Counted from the stretch's first letter, positions 13,765 to 29,747 are shown. The stretch is DNA of 64,000 nucleotides from Callorhinchus milii (GCF_018977255.1 NW_024704752.1:14632001-14696000); one strand, 5' to 3'. Notes: generated by a model from the sequence alone, not told the origin. A program made the numbers and translations.

Positions 13765-15135
13765 GTAGAATTATACAGCACAGAAGGAGGCCATTCAGCC
13801 CATTGTGTCTGTGCTGGCTCTTTTAAAAGAGCTATCCAAATCAATCCCACTCGCCTGCTCTCTCCCCAGAGCCCTGCAAACTTGTCCTCCAGAAATAATT
13901 ATCTACTTCTTTCTTAAAAGTTATTATCGAATTGGCTCCCACCACCCTTTCAGGCAATGCATTGCAGATCTGAACAACTCGCTGTGTGAAAAAAATTCTC
14001 CTCACCCCCACTCCTCAGTTTCTTTTAATAACTATTTTAAATCGATGTCCTCGGGTTACCGACCCATCCGCCAGGAAATAGTTTCTCCTTTTTCACCCTA
14101 TCGAATCCCCTCATAATTTTGAAAACTTCTATTAACTTGCCTCTTAACCTTCTCTACTCCAAGGATGATAATCCTTGCTTCTCTAGTCTCTCCTGATAAC
14201 TGAAGTCTCTCATTCCTGGTACCATCCTGGTAAATCTCCTTTGTACCCTTTCCAATGGCTTGACAACCTTTCTAAAGTGTGATGCCCAGAACTGAACACA
14301 GTCTCTAGATGAGGTCTAACCAGAGTTTTATAAAGGTTCATCATAACTTCCTGACTTTTATATTCTATGCCTATTTATAAAGCCTAGTATCCCATGTGCT
14401 TTTTTTTTAACAGGTTTATCCTGTCCTGCCACGTTCAAAGATTTACTTATATGAACCCCCGGGTCCCTCATTTCCTTTAGCCACTTTAAGATTGTACCAT
14501 CAGCTTATGTTGCCTCTCCTCATTCTTCCTCCCAAAATGAATCACTTCGCAATAAACTTCATCTGCCACGTGTCTGCCCATTTTACCAGTCTGTCTATGT
14601 CCATTTATGGTCTGCTCCTATCCTCCTCACCGTTTACTACTTTTCCTAGCTTAATATCATCTGCAAACTTGGAAACTGTACTCCCTATACCCAAGTCCAG
14701 GTCATTTATATAGACCAATGAGAAAACAACCGTTCACCACCACTCTCTGCTTTCTGTCTCCCAGCCAGTTCTGTATCCATGGTACTACTGTCCCTTTAAT
14801 ACCATGGGCTTCTATTTTGCTTACCAAGTCTCTTATGTTGCACTTTATCAAACGTCTTTTGGAAATCCATATAAACTACATCAACTGCACTACCTTCATC
14901 CACTCTCCTCATTACTTCACTAAAAATCTCTATCAGATATGCTAGACACGATTTGCCTTTAACAAATCTCTGTTGGCCGTCGTTTATTAATCAATATTTT
15001 TCTTAGTGACAATTTATTTTGTCCCAGATTATAGTCTCTAGAAGTTGCCCCACTACTGACGTTAGGCTGACTGGCCTGTAGTTCCTGGGTTTTACCTTCT
15101 GCCCCGTTTTTGTACAGGGGAGTAACATTTACAGG
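13765..15135 (-). mobile_element. CR1-type LINE 3' fragment (decayed reverse transcriptase and 3'UTR)
   Basis: Minus-strand remnants such as NVTPLYK and the shifted NYRPVSLTS region; CR1-like 3' end (gaaggaggccattcagccca). Confidence 0.8.
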
Positions 15136-16319
15136 CCTTTTACAAAAGGTGATGGCCACAACCCACCCCACTCCCACCCGCCAGGGAAGTAACAGTGACT
15201 AAAGGAAGTGGTCATTAAATTGAGCAAGAGCTTCAATGTACATTTGCAACTGTCTGTGCATTGAGAATTGGTGCAGTGACTGAAATTGTGTGTTACAAAA
15301 AACTGTGTTTCACAAACAGAAGCACTAACCACATTACACTTGGATCTAATTTACATCTCTGTTATTTTATTCCTGTTACATTCAATTGAAATGCACTGCA
15401 ATGTTACATAATTCTCGGCTGAAGACTTTCTTTTCGACTGCGTCTTTGGTCACCTTCCTCCCCCCTCCCCCTGGCTCGGCCCCAGGATCCGTTACTGTAA
15501 AGCGCTCTGAGACGCTGTCCGGCATGGAGGGCGCTATATAAATCCAAGTTGTTGTTGTAATTACCGAGAAGTAGATTTCTATCGTTATTTAATTGCTTGG
15601 GCATAGGACTGGAGGTTCTACGTCCACCTGAGCAAGCAGATGGTATATCGGTTTAACGTCCCATCCAAAGGACGTCTCCTCTGACAATGAAGCGTACCGC
15701 CATTCTAGAAAATGAGCTCAAAGTCTTGGCATAGGCTTGAATTCACCATATTTTCACGCAGAACTTACAGAAAGTCTGTTACTGACTAAGCCAGGCTGAA
15801 ATTCCACAAGCTCAACTGCAGAGGAGAAGGATTCCACGTGTGGGACGCCTTTTTACAAAAGGTAATGGCAACAACCCACCACACCCAACTCCCGGACACC
15901 CCCCACCCCAGTGCATTGAGATCAAGTGCTTCGAGCATTCTATTACCATGTTACAGCTTTGTGTTTTAGTACCACAACATAACCCATAACCGTGTAAAAC
16001 CCCAATCTGACACTTTGTGCTGGAACACATAAATCACCAACTGGCGTGCAAGAACTCTCTATTGACCTTTCGGAGAAGGCTGAGGTTGTTAACACAAAAA
16101 GGGAGTTTCAAAACGATTAAACATTAAATGTTAGTTTTGACCTTGAGGCAAAATGATAGATGCATTATACTGCACTGTATGTTTTTAAAATACCATAAAT
16201 ACTTAAAAATATTTTTATTTAAAAAAAAAAGCATAAATACTGAGTGAGTGTTAGTCTGCTGCCATGACATCTATCCACACCTTCATCATGTTCATGTTTG
16301 ATTATTCCGATGTCCTGCT

Positions 16320-16692
16320 TACTGAGCTGGACTCTCAGCTCCTCAGCTCGTGTCCTTTTCTGCACCACACTCTGTGAGCCTCCCTCCACAGCCTCTCTCC
16401 ATCCTACCTCTGCGACCTCCTGCAACCCAGTTGCAACCCTGCACCCTACATTGCTATTCTGCCCCGACTCCGTTATTCCATTCTTCAAGATTTCCTCTCC
16501 TTCATTCCCTCCCTGCCTTTAAAGATCTAACTTTTCAACCGCATTTTCAGGGCATCTTGCTCCCCTCCCACCCCCCAACTAGCTCTCCTCTCCCCTCCTT
16601 CCTAAATTTGCTCCCTATCCCCCAGCTCGAGCGATGTACTTTGAGACATCTTCCCGCTGTGAAAAACAGCGTCTAAATATAAATTGTTGTTG
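16320..16692 (+). mobile_element. Decayed L2-type 3' fragment
   Basis: cctacctctgcgacctcct core shared with 30083-30430. Similar fragments at ~36550-36965, 27170-27380 (minus) and 15420-15560. Confidence 0.55.
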
Positions 16693-18080
16693 AGAATCTG
16701 TAATTGCTATATGAGGTTTGGGAATAGCTTTGAAATACACCAGTCATTACTAGTTAACAAAATTGATATTTGTTGGTGTTATTTTGTATGTGTGGGTTGG
16801 TACTTTGCCTAATAAGCACAATAATTCACCACAAAATGGGCACATTGTGACACGTGCATGTGACAGTGATGTAATGGTGACGTTACAATCTGATCGTACA
16901 CTAAGTTACGGTCTACAGTAACTTGGCTTACCTTAGAAAGTTCAGCATTATCAACATTTAATCATAATTTATCCGCAATTATACAACAAACAGCCAAACA
17001 CACTGTTGGGGGCTCAATGATATTTATCTCCCAGGCACTTTTCTGTGTTATTCTGGCCATGACCTGTTCCACCCTCCCTGTTTTGACAAAAACTGATATT
17101 GCTCGCTTGGTGAATGTTGAGCAAGACTCCAGCACTGTAACCTGTTCACTGGGAGCTTGACACTTCGGCCTCTCAAAAGATATTCTGTTTTTATGATTTT
17201 ATCGCATTGTTCAATTCAGATGAATGCATTTCCTCTTTCTCGCTTTAATCCTTGAGTGGGTTTAACACCGAGAGCATTTGGCAGCAATTTTGTGTGAAGT
17301 GTATATTTCTTGTTTCAATGTGTGAATATTGGCAAAATAAGCGCTTGTTGAAAAAGAATACGATCTGACAACACTGAGTTGTCGAAGTGGATTATGTAAC
17401 ATATATGCGTGACTGTAAAATCATCAAAGCGGGATTGCTATTGTATTCCCAGAATTATTTTAATCACAAAGGCTATGTGCAACTTTAAATTGGAGATTCA
17501 AAATTTAAGATAATTCAACTTTATTTGAATCCTGTAAATTCACCGAAATACCAAAATAGCGTGTCAATCTTTAATGATAACTACAGGATACACAAAATGT
17601 GTACAAAATTTAATTGACTAAAAACACTTGTTTGGCTAACTTTCATCCTGGAGAGAAGTTCTCATTTCTATAGTTACATTGTCATATTGATACCTGTGCA
17701 GTTGAGGGTTAAATGCATATATTAAAGTGGGAGTGCCCTAGATTTAACCCACGGTGTATTCTGTAAAGCGCTTTGAGACGCGTGGAAGGCGTGATAAGGC
17801 GCTGTACCAAATACACGGATTATTATTATTTTTTGTTCAGAATTCTGTTCAATACACATTGATCCAAATTTGCTTCTTTATTATCATCCCTAGAAAGCTG
17901 CAGTATCTGATGCTGCAACAGAACCAACTAAAATATCCCATTTTAAACAAGTACGGAATAGATTGTGATTTTCAATAGTAGATGACTACTATGGAAGGTT
18001 ACACAGTCCCCATGTGTATCTGGCAAGATAGTAACTTCTTTCGTGGGTGGACACCACCAAGAACGCCCACGACTTCCCTT

Positions 18081-18391
18081 GTGGAGTCGTGTAGCTTCAT
18101 GGTTAGAGCACTCGTCTCGCAAACGAGAGCCCTGGGTTCAATTTCCAGCAGGGCTAAACCTTGGGCAAGTTTCCTTACTCCACACGCCTGATAATAATCC
18201 CTCAAAAAAAACAATAATGAATTGGTCACTTCAATCCACAACCGTTTGTGGGACACTGCTGTGCGCAATTGGCTGCTGTGTTTCGCCCACAAAATATACA
18301 GTCAATTCACTTTACAGTGTATCCTGTGAAGCGTTTGGAGACATTTAGAAGACATGAAAAGCGCTATATCCAATGCAAGGATTATTATTAT
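18081..18391 (+). mobile_element. Full-length tRNA-derived SINE (young family)
   Basis: Head with A/B boxes (tagct..tggttagagc; ggttcaatt), shared body, 3' gcgctatatc..tgcaagg(att)n. Confidence 0.9.
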
Positions 18392-18804
18392 ATAAGTTCA
18401 TATGAAAACAAAATGTGTTTAAGCTTCTGAAAGCCAGTCTCCAGTCATTGGCAACACTCCGACTGACGGGGCAAACAAAATTGTGCAAAATTGAATCAAC
18501 ATCGATAGATAATAATGGTGAGTGATCCAGACTGAATATTACAGATCAGTAAATGAATTAAGCAGACTGAGTGCTTAAACATAGACTGGTCCTATCTTAG
18601 AAACATAGACATTTTCAACACAGAAGAAGGCCTACAGTATTAGCTCGTCAAGCTTTTGAAGAACTGCTTGATGTTCATAAACATTATAGTAGTAACTTAT
18701 CTAAATCATGCAGTTTGTGGACTCAAGTTTGGATTTCTATTCTGAATCCTTGAACACAACATTTTTTGAACACTACATTCATCAGGACTTGTGGGTGATA
18801 ATTA

Positions 18805-19190
18805 TAATACTAATAATCCTTGCATTTGATGCGCTTCACATAATATCCTGTAAAGTGAATTGACTGTATATTTGTGGGCGAAATGCAGCAGTCAATTAAT
18901 AATAATAATAATCCTTGCATTTGATATAGCGCTTTTTACGTCGGGAGGATGTCCCAAAGCGCTTCACAGAACACACTGTAAAGTGAATTGACTGTATATT
19001 TGCGCACAGAAGAGTCCCACAGACCATCCTGGATTGAAATAACCAGTTTATTCTTGTTTTTTTTGTTGAGGGATTATTATCAGGCGTGTGGAGTAAGGAA
19101 ACTTGTTCAAGGTTTCGCCTTGCCGGGAATCGAACTCAGGTTTCTTGCTTGTGTGGCGAGCGCTCTAACCACTGAGCTACAGTACTCCAC
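18805..19190 (-). mobile_element. Full-length SINE plus an adjacent partial 3' copy
   Basis: Reverse complement of the same family; head ends ctccac at 19190. Confidence 0.88.
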
Positions 19191-20868
19191 AATGAGCTCA
19201 ATAGGCTTCTCTTTTACCCGTTGAGAACAGAGGAAAATGACAACATTAGCAGAATTAACTTAAGATATTCTTTCATATCACACAAAGTATTTTAGGTACT
19301 TTGAACCCTTTGTAGATGTCTGGTTACAAAAACAATCCATTTGCTTTCTCTCTCCCACGCATGAACACCACAGTCACGCATACCATACTCACACGCACAT
19401 GTTATTGCTAACCTTGTTTCTATATTTGTTGGGGCACGCACATTCAAACCCTTGAGAAATCTGATCAAACAATTGAGCCGAGACACTGAGCACAAGTAGA
19501 GAAAATGAATATTTTCCCACGGCGAATTACTGTATGGAACAGGGATGAGGGCTACACTGCTGTGTTGTTTGATAATGTTTCCTAAATATCTGTCACTCTT
19601 GTTTTAAGTTCCTCATTTGATTCTGTATTTCTGACCTTATGAAGTCTGTTCCACATTCTCGTAACCCTTTGTTTTTAATGCGATTTTGCATTATAGTCGT
19701 GCATTACCATATGTGACTTGAGATGCCCTCCTGACATGAAAGGCATTATATAAATGCAATTTGTTGTTGTTGTGACTGCGTGTAATGCTGAATGGAATTT
19801 TTACCTATAGGTTGGCTTAGAATTTCATTAAAATTTACTTTTTAAAGTATATCAGTCTGCGGCTGATGCTATTTCCATTTTCTCAGTAGCAGAACCCAAA
19901 TAAATATTGATCTAGTTGCAGTGTTACTGAGGGAAATGGAAAGACTAACGATGGAGTTAATAATAATAATAATAATCCTTACTTTTGGAATTCAATAATA
20001 CAGAACAATATAATCAAATGTATGTGTATACAGCTAAATATCTGGTTACATACTATATATTACTGATTGTCAATATTTTTGCTCATCGAAGAATTGAACC
20101 CAAAACTGAACGACCAAAGGAAATGCAAGCATTTTTCTTTATGGTATTTATTATTATAATAATAGCATTTAATACAGTGGCTTATCATGAGACTTCTACT
20201 GTGAAATGTAGGCTAATAATGCAAAGATGAAATCCGTGAAGTAATGTTAGCAGACGTGATCTGGGTCGGATATAAGGGTAAGAAAATGAGTATATATTTG
20301 GTCTTGTGGTAGATGAAATTTGAGTCTATTTATTGCTCAGGCTTTGCAACTTATACCTAGATCTTTTCTGCATTTGGTTTCAAGATTGAAGCCAGATTAT
20401 ATAAGGACAGTGTATACAGTGTATTGCAAAATATCCATTAGGTGGTAAAACAGGATTCAGCCAAGGTCAACAGTAATCAGGACAAATGTAATAAATTTAC
20501 CTTGATCATTGTTGGAAGTCCAGAAACTTGGTGGAGATGCAAAAATCTAATGTAACCTCTGTCCAATGAATATGTTTTTGTTGTGTTTATCGGTGTTTGG
20601 TGCCAACCTGGAACTTGTTGTGTAATTGTATTGCTTTGTTTGATGTAACAATAAAGCTGCACAAACGACGTGCAATCCTTTTGCTTCACTTAGCACCACT
20701 ATTCCTTTGTTGACAGAGTCCTGGGGAGAAATAGCCACTGTGAATGCACATTGATTCAAGGGTTCATTTATTCTGATCCATGTCATTTTTTCCAGATGGT
20801 TGCTCTAAAAGCCTGTCCTCATCTGATGCAAAAGTTTGCTGTCAATGGAATAATCAGAATGTACTTTT

Positions 20869-20979
<111 letters not shown>

Positions 20980-21340
20980 TTATATTTAAGACAAGTTTTG
21001 GACAAACTAGGGTAAATTAGCCTTTTGTATAGAATCATTCATAGGTCTTAAAGGGCAAAAATGTTGTATGGGTTGGGATACACTTCTTACAATGTTAAAT
21101 ACATCCGTTTGTTAAGCCATTAAAATGTTCGTGGTTACTATTTCAATAACAATTCAAATGTTTGAAAAATATTAAATGTGTTCTCAGATTATCTCATTGC
21201 TTTCTATGTATCTTTTTAATCTAATCTAATCTTACATTATTTGCCAAAATTCTTAAATTTTCTGTCACAGAAGATATTCTGACAATCTACCAATGATGTG
21301 GATTGATATTGATATTGTTGTCAATCCACTCACTTGTCTA

Positions 21341-21508
<168 letters not shown>

Positions 21509-21860
21509 TTACATCACTGACAGTGAAACTGACATGAAAGCCAAATAACTAGTGATGAATAGATTCAATGGAAATCACTACTCAATACAGATGTTGATTG
21601 AAAATTGAAATACAAAAAAGTGCAGAAATGGGTGAGCAATTGTAGAGATGGATAAAAATGCTTATTAATATACAATTCGATTTCTTACTAATACCTAGAT
21701 CGTTTCTCCATGTAGTTTCAACATTGAATGCACATTATATGATCATACATTCCAATGCAGCCTAACATTTGACAGACACAAACCCAATCAATGATCGAAA
21801 TGTAGAAGTATCTGCAGTGTGATGATTTTTACGCAGCAAATTGATAATTGACATCTGTTA

Positions 21861-22235
<375 letters not shown>

Positions 22236-22831
22236 TTAGGTGAATGCGCACAACATCACAAGAAGTTTGGATGAATAGTACAGATATCAGGTTAAGCAGG
22301 AACAGACTTGGTTACCACCCATCCTTCTCTTCTTCTCCCACCCTCCAACTAAACTTTAGACTCCATTACCACAAAAGCACTTTTGGATGATTTGGATTTC
22401 GTTTTACCAACAAAGTTCTTAATATTCATGATAATAAAAATCTGTATGGGTGTTTATTTTTCTGCTACAATAATATTTTATGTTTAAGCAAAGCATCTAG
22501 TTTTTTTAAGGGCTTAAAGCAGACCAAAGAACAATGACTTGGGTACTTTGTTCAAAATTGTTCCATGAATCGTTTGATTTTGTTCTAACGATTTCATGAA
22601 ATAAACGTGTTTCATCCTAATTAAAAATTTACACATTTGCAACCTTTCATTCTGTATCTTCAATACATGGATTTATGTACATTTTCAATGCTTGCTGTCA
22701 GAATTGTTGGGAACTAGACATTTCTGAATAACTCATAATAAATCTACATAAATTAAAATTGCAAAATTATATAGATTTTTATTTTCTTCAAAATACTAAT
22801 GGAATTGTCAAATAATAATACATAGGACTTA

Positions 22832-23394
<563 letters not shown>

Positions 23395-25242
23395 CTATAA
23401 TCAGTTTTTTGTTCTTGTCCCAACACACAGAGTTATATATGATGCAAACCTGCAAAAGGGAATACAGGCTTTTTGGGGGAGTGACACACGCAGAAAACCA
23501 TCACCTCGTTCAAGAGTATCCAAAGCAGACCTCAGACTGTGCATTTGAAAACTGACGGAGTTTAACCATCTGAGAAAACTGCATAGCTTCCCATTTGATG
23601 CACTGTATGGCAAGTTTCCTTGCTGCTTGTCCAGCTAGGCTTACCCTATTCATCAGGGTTTTGACTTTCAGGGTTAACAGTAGCTGAGTCGGAAGAATCC
23701 CTGCCCCCAGTGACACAGTGACACAGGCATTGGTTAACCGGTACCTGATAGATAACACCAGTAAATTATTAAACATCTGCAATGTTACCAGAAACAAATG
23801 ACTACAAACCACAAACCTTCAACCAATTAACATCTCAGCATATGCAAATAATTATGCTGGGAACCCAAACCACAGAAAATGATGAATATCAAGCTGATTT
23901 TTGCAATATTTAAAAAATATTTTTTTCTTCTTTATGCTGGTATTTACTATATGCTTACTGTGATGTGCGACTAAATATGCAATATCAATGGGATCTCATT
24001 GTGCTGGAGTCCTATTTCGGAGACCACATGGAAGAGATAGTTTCAAGAGCTGTGTGCTTTGTAGTCGCGCAGTTTAAGTGATAACATTCTCTGAGTCAGA
24101 ATGTTGTGGGACATTTAACGTTGTTAAAGATCTCATGACATTTTTAAAAATAGAGAAGAAGGTTTCTCACAGTATTCTGCCCAATAATTTTCCAGACAGT
24201 GTCATCTATATGAAGTCAAACAGGTCTGGTCTGCCTGGTCAGGTGGACATTAATGATCCCATGACAATTTCCTGGTTAACAATCGCCTATAATTGGTCAT
24301 TCATGTCATGTGTATTTGTGGAACATTGCTGTGTGCAAATTATCCTGTATGCTTCAAAATATACTAAAATTTGTGAATCACTTAGAGATGCCCGCTCGAT
24401 GTGAAATACATTGTATCAGACTTAGTATTATTTATCATGAATCCATTTCATGGTTGCTTGTGGGACCTTGCATGCAAATTGACTGTTGTGTAGCCGTCCA
24501 AGTACAGAGTCATTATACTTGATAGCAATTATTATGAAGTGCTTTGAGAGACCCTGGTATAATAAGTTCAATACCAATTATTAAGATTGATGTTGATAAA
24601 CAAGGCAGGTATGGTTTGCACTTGGCTCATGGGCTATCCAGAATTCCAAGGAGCATTCTAAACATTATTAAATAACTTTAATAAGGAGCTTCAAAAATGA
24701 ACACTCAATTTTGGTGTTTTGCCTAAATGCCATAATAATAATTTATTATTTTTTGCTTGCTTCTTGCTGTCTTTGCTTGCTGTCTCTATCAGGCCCTGTG
24801 TTCTTTCTAAAGAGCTGTTTGTCAGGCTGGGTGCAAATTGGTTGCCGCAATTCAATTACAAATACACTGTCACCACATCTGAGGTAATTCCTCTGAAGCA
24901 TATTGAGACACCTCTTGATATGTAATCAATATTATTCATAAGTCATTTGTATTGGATTCCAAAAGAAATTATCCAGATTCCAGATTCATAGGGCCACTGT
25001 ACATTTATCTCAATTCACTGACAAAAGTGCAGTTTAGATATTCTCAGGCACTTAGAGGCAATAGTTTTGAAGAACAATGTGATTCACACTTGAGATGTAT
25101 AAATACACCAGGTGTGAAAACACCAGAATCAGTTTCCGCAGCAACTTGGAACTTTTTAATATTAACAAAAATCTAATCACATCCAAATGTAAAACAAAAA
25201 TATGTCTAATATGCAATTTGGGTCACTAATTATACAACTCCC

Positions 25243-25559
25243 GTGCAGTCCTGTAGCTCAGTGGTTAGAACACTGGCCTCTCAAGTGAGAGACCCGGGTT
25301 TGATTCCCGGCAGGGCGAAACCTTGGGACAAGTTTCCTTACTCCACACGCCTAATAATAATCCCTCAAGAAAAAAATCAATAATAAATTGGTCACTTCAA
25401 TCCACGACTGTATGTGGGACACTGCTGTGCACAATTGGCTGCCGCATTTTGCCCACTAATATACAGTCAATTCACTTTGCAGTGTATTCTGTGAGGCGCT
25501 TTGAGACGTCTAGAACGTGAAAAGCGTTATATCAAATGCAAGGATTATTATTATTATTA
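25243..25559 (+). mobile_element. Full-length tRNA-derived SINE
   Basis: Same consensus, (TTA)n tail. Confidence 0.9.
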
Positions 25560-25671
25560 CAAGGTACCAGACCTTACAGAACAATATTGGATAGAACTTT
25601 AAGGCAAAAATGCTGTTATCAAATGCGAGGGTTATTATTATTTACTATTGGTGCTCTGAGGAACGTAAACA

Positions 25672-26010
25672 AACTATATTTGTATAGCGCCTTTCACGTC
25701 AGGAGGATGTCCCAAGGCACTGGTATAATGGTAAGCTGCTAAACTGCTGTAGGTACTGTGTATTTCTGGCGAATGTGGCAGCCAATTTGTGTACGATATG
25801 TCCCAAACAGCTAGGAAGTAAATGGAGGGTTTGTTGGCCAGGACTCTGGAGAAAATCCCTTCTCTTTCCAAATAGTTCTATGGGATCTTTAACATGCACC
25901 TAAAAAGACAGATGAGACTTTGGTTCAAAGCCTCAAACAAAGGATGGCACCTCTGACATTGCAGCACTCCACCCCAACTTCTATTGAGATGTCATCCTTG
26001 ACAATTTATA
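25672..26010 (-). mobile_element. Old Deu-domain SINE
   Basis: Reverse complement of the same pattern (aaatag..atgggatcttt..cacc..ggatggcacctctgaca.tgcagcactcc). Other copies at ~3240-3540, 7445-7725, 15600-15800 and 24040-24430. Confidence 0.65.
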
Positions 26011-27829
26011 GTGCTGGCAAAACCTGAACCAACACAAAACATTCAGTGGGGAAATTACTAACCTCGATTTGAAAATTTCATACGGAAAAAAAAGCACAAT
26101 TTCTGAATTTACTGATTTTTTAAAAAATAAGCGAGTAATATATTCAATGCTGATAAGCTATTTTGTAAGCTATTCTAGACGTCTCAAAGTGCTTCACAAG
26201 ATTAATAATCATCATCAATCTTAACACTTTAAACAACAGTTTGCAACTGACTGCCAGACTTATTTCTCCCCTCGGACATATGTCCATGGATTTTGATTGT
26301 CAGTTTATGTACATCGATAAAGAGACACAATGCGCTTTGTTACCTATGACCAATTTACTGAAAAAATACAGCAATACTCTCGTGCTTACCTAGTTTTGAA
26401 AGCCAAATTACAATTGCATCTCTGTTGTGTAAAGCATTGAGCAATCCCATTCACGTGTTTACATCACTTGTCTCACAGCTCCAAACAAACTCTTATGTAA
26501 CAAGAGGATGCAGTGTTCTAAAGTAACAGAGCAAGACTCTTGCTTGGTGTCTTTTTTTCTTGTGTGTGCTTTTTTTGATCACTCGTGTGGCTTTGAATGA
26601 TTTCCTGCCAGTATTTTGTCAATGATTGACGCTGGCTTTGCGTATCAATTTTTTTTTTCTAGAATCTATCTCAGTGGAGTCCAAGATAGATTCTCGCTGC
26701 TCGTTGGTGACATGTTGCATCAAATATTTATCACTGAGTCCTCTGCTTGTTCAGCTAACTTGCTCTTTAACTGCTGAAGTCAGGAAGTCGACAACGCCAC
26801 ATAAAATTTTAACAAACCTCAGAATGAGGAGCCCATTATTTAGGATGTTTTAGTAAATTTTACTGTAGGGGTGGTTAGCTGATAGTGTTATTGATCCAAC
26901 TGCACTTAGTCAGTTCAATATTAAAGAGAAGGCTCGAATCTGTCACAGGAGCAAAGGAAACAGATTGCATTTTACTGCTGTGACAAAAGTCAATCCACTT
27001 TGTAGTGTACACCATGAAAAGCTTTGAGATATCTCGGTGATATGAAAGGCGCTATACCAAATGCAAGGAATATTATTAGTATTATTTGCACAATTCTGCA
27101 GCAAAATTGTCAATCTTGCCCAACTTTACTCATCGCAAGATAATCTTGTCCATTCAGCAATTCATATGAACAACAACAACAACAAAATTACATTTGTAAC
27201 TTGCCTTTCACATTGGGAGGATGTCCCAAGGCGCTGAACAGTCGGAGATCAGGACCCAAGCGTAGGGGGGTGGAAGGGGGTGGGGGCAAGGTTGGGATGA
27301 GGGAGGGTAGAGAGGTAGGAGGGCGGCTGAAGGCATGGGCAAAAAGGAGGGTCTTGACTCATGCCTTGAAGGAGGAAGGAACAAGGCGATCATGTGAAGT
27401 CATGATCTTGACCACTGACATGCAGTACAACAGTAACACTCTATGATGTACGTAGTAAAAATGCTGGAATGACAACATTATCAAGGACAACTCTAGCATT
27501 GCGCGCGGTTCATGTGAAGGCAGGAGGGACCCAGTATACCTCTTAAAATAGTTGTATTGCTTTGCAGAAACTTTGCATTTGCTAAATGTGTTTGCAAGCT
27601 GATTGGTGTGATGCAGCTGTGCATTTCTGCTTGCTTGCTTTCCTGCAATAAAAAAGTTGCTTTTAAGCACTGAAAATTTCACCTCATTTAGTAATCTGAC
27701 ATTTTCTGCCTTACACTATAGACTTCAAGTGATGTATGTAATTTAACTTCAATTTCACTGGACCTTTGATTGGTTAATTTTGTGCATTTAATCTTTCACT
27801 GTATCTGAATCCGTTTCATTCATAATAAT

Positions 27830-27975
27830 CAAAACGCAAAAATCCTGCAGAGGTGCTGGAAATCTGAGACAAAAACAGAAGTCGCTGGGAACACTCAGCA
27901 GGTCAGGCAGCATCTATGGAGAAAGGAAAGTGAGTCGACGAGTCTCGTGTTCCTAACGACTTCTGTTTTTGTTTC
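27830..27975. mobile_element. Fragment of a Penelope-type terminal repeat common in cartilaginous fishes
   Basis: tgctggaaatctgag..aaaacagaa..gctgg.aacactcagcaggtcaggcagcatct.tggaga pattern; family assignment from memory. Confidence 0.45.
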
Positions 27976-28096
27976 ATTCTTAATAATGCTGTATCTCTAG
28001 TTCTTAGTAAGTTCAAAGGACTCATTCAAGGTACAGTGTCCTTCGATTCTCCTTCCTTTAGTGCAAATGCTTCCACTCATCTCCCCACAATTTCTG

Positions 28097-28632
28097 TGGC
28101 TGAGATCAGGAACTCACCAAAAGGAGAATCCTGAGCAAGAGCTAATTGTGCACCGCAATATTTTGGAAACAGTGACTTTATGGCAGTGTATGAGCTCTAC
28201 TGTAACTGTACAGTTTGCACACACTGCGTTTCTGCTGCTGTCACTGGAAAAGCAAACTGGACAAGTGTTTAATTCGCTTTGGTGTTGTCACAGAGCCCCC
28301 TTGAGGGAGTTTCAGTGAGTCCTAATCATTTTGTGAAGTGCTGTTTGAAGTGCCTTGCTGTACAGAACCTCAAGGTTTTTCCTCCTACTGGTACATCTAT
28401 AGCGACTGTTTGTTAATATGCTGTTTGCTTATTTTTCTGACTCGCACATACGTTAATGTCTTTTCTGCTTGAAGCAAACGCGAGAGCTAATTTGTGCACA
28501 GCAATATTTTGTAAATGGGTGATGCAGTTGTAGAGAATAAATGGACATGAATAAATGAATTAGTATCGAACTAATATCTGTACTAGGAAAACAATCCCAA
28601 AGAGACAAAAGAATTTATATCAACAAGATTTA
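28097..28632 (-). repeat. Duplicated non-coding module, copy 1 (possible promoter/first exon upstream of gene B)
   Basis: Homologous to 33518-34662; 28373-28632 is nearly identical to 34405-34662. Donor-like GTGAGT at 28112-28117. Confidence 0.8.
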
Positions 28633-29712
28633 ATGAGAAGACAGCTAGTGCATTCACAATTTCATTTCAAATACAGTACAAACCAAAAACTACTTGGATT
28701 TAAGCATTTATGTTTCTCGTGTCATAAAAAGTACAAATTATACAAATGTTTTATAAAATGACAAAATAGAGATGTATAGAAAAATAACTTGATTCAGTGT
28801 AACTTGAATCATTCACCTTAAAAAAAATACACAATGTAGATGGCTTAAAATTTTGATCATTTACGTTTGTGGCACCTCACAGAATTATACAGCCCAGAAA
28901 GAGGCCATTTGGCCCACCGTGTCTGCTGGTTCTTTGAAAAGACCTATCCAAATCTAGCTCTGATTAAATTCAGTTTGAAAAGAGATCTTGGGTTGTTAAA
29001 TTGCTTCATTGAATCCCATTGTTGCATCCTCGTCCTGAAGAAACAACATGTAAAGAAGTATGATTAAAAAAAAATAATAATAATAATCCTTGCATTTGAT
29101 CATTCGATATAGCGCCTGATCACATCTTTGAGACGTCTCAAAGAGCTTCACAGAATATAACTGCAAACTGAATTAACTGTAAATTTTGTGGGCAAAACAC
29201 TGTAGCCAATTGCGCACAGCAGATTATACAATTTATTTTTCTTTGAAGGGATTATTAGTCCCAGAAATTTTCTTTTGTTTTGTATAGTGAAACTAGGAGA
29301 AAAGACTATTCAACTATTTCTTTATCAAGCTAAATGAAGTTGTACATAAACATATCGACTGGCCCTCAGTTGCTAGGCTTTTCACAAACTTGTCTGATCC
29401 TATTAAAATGAGTTCTGGCAAATACTCAACAGTACCCAGTTGATATAATACTTTTATGGGGATCAGATGGCTCCAGTGTGGAGTAGTCCAATATGCTGCT
29501 TCCATTAAATTAAACACATCACATCACTCCACCTTGAACAGAAAGTTTTAATCTGGGATATTCTTTATCTTTCAGTTTTTTTATATTGTTGACTAGTTTA
29601 ATTGATTCCAGCATTCGTTTTGAAGCGTAATTTTTGTGACCATTAGATCAGTTTTTTTTATTCTAGTTTTTTTTACATCCTCTCCAAGTTCACTGATATA
29701 ACCCACTTTCGT

Positions 29713-29747
29713 TCATAAAGCTGCACAAGTCTGACACCAAATAGGTA
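29713..29747 (-). CDS. Probable gene C last exon IPIWCQTCAAL* (protein ~266 aa)
   Basis: Polypyrimidine tract TTTCTTGTTTCTCATTCATTCAAG|, phase 1. An upstream CAG acceptor gives the same frame. Confidence 0.45.

Noticed and set aside
15137-15895. Repeated ttttacaaaaggt.atgg..acaacccacc motif (15137, 15850; weaker at ~40293)
   Set aside because: Short fragments of a dispersed repeat; no spacer-array or CRISPR-like regularity.
17982-18430. Recurrent short ORFs such as MTVYLWAK.., [10 protein letters not shown].. and GHCCAQLAA..
   Set aside because: Translations of the same SINE in different frames, not a gene family.
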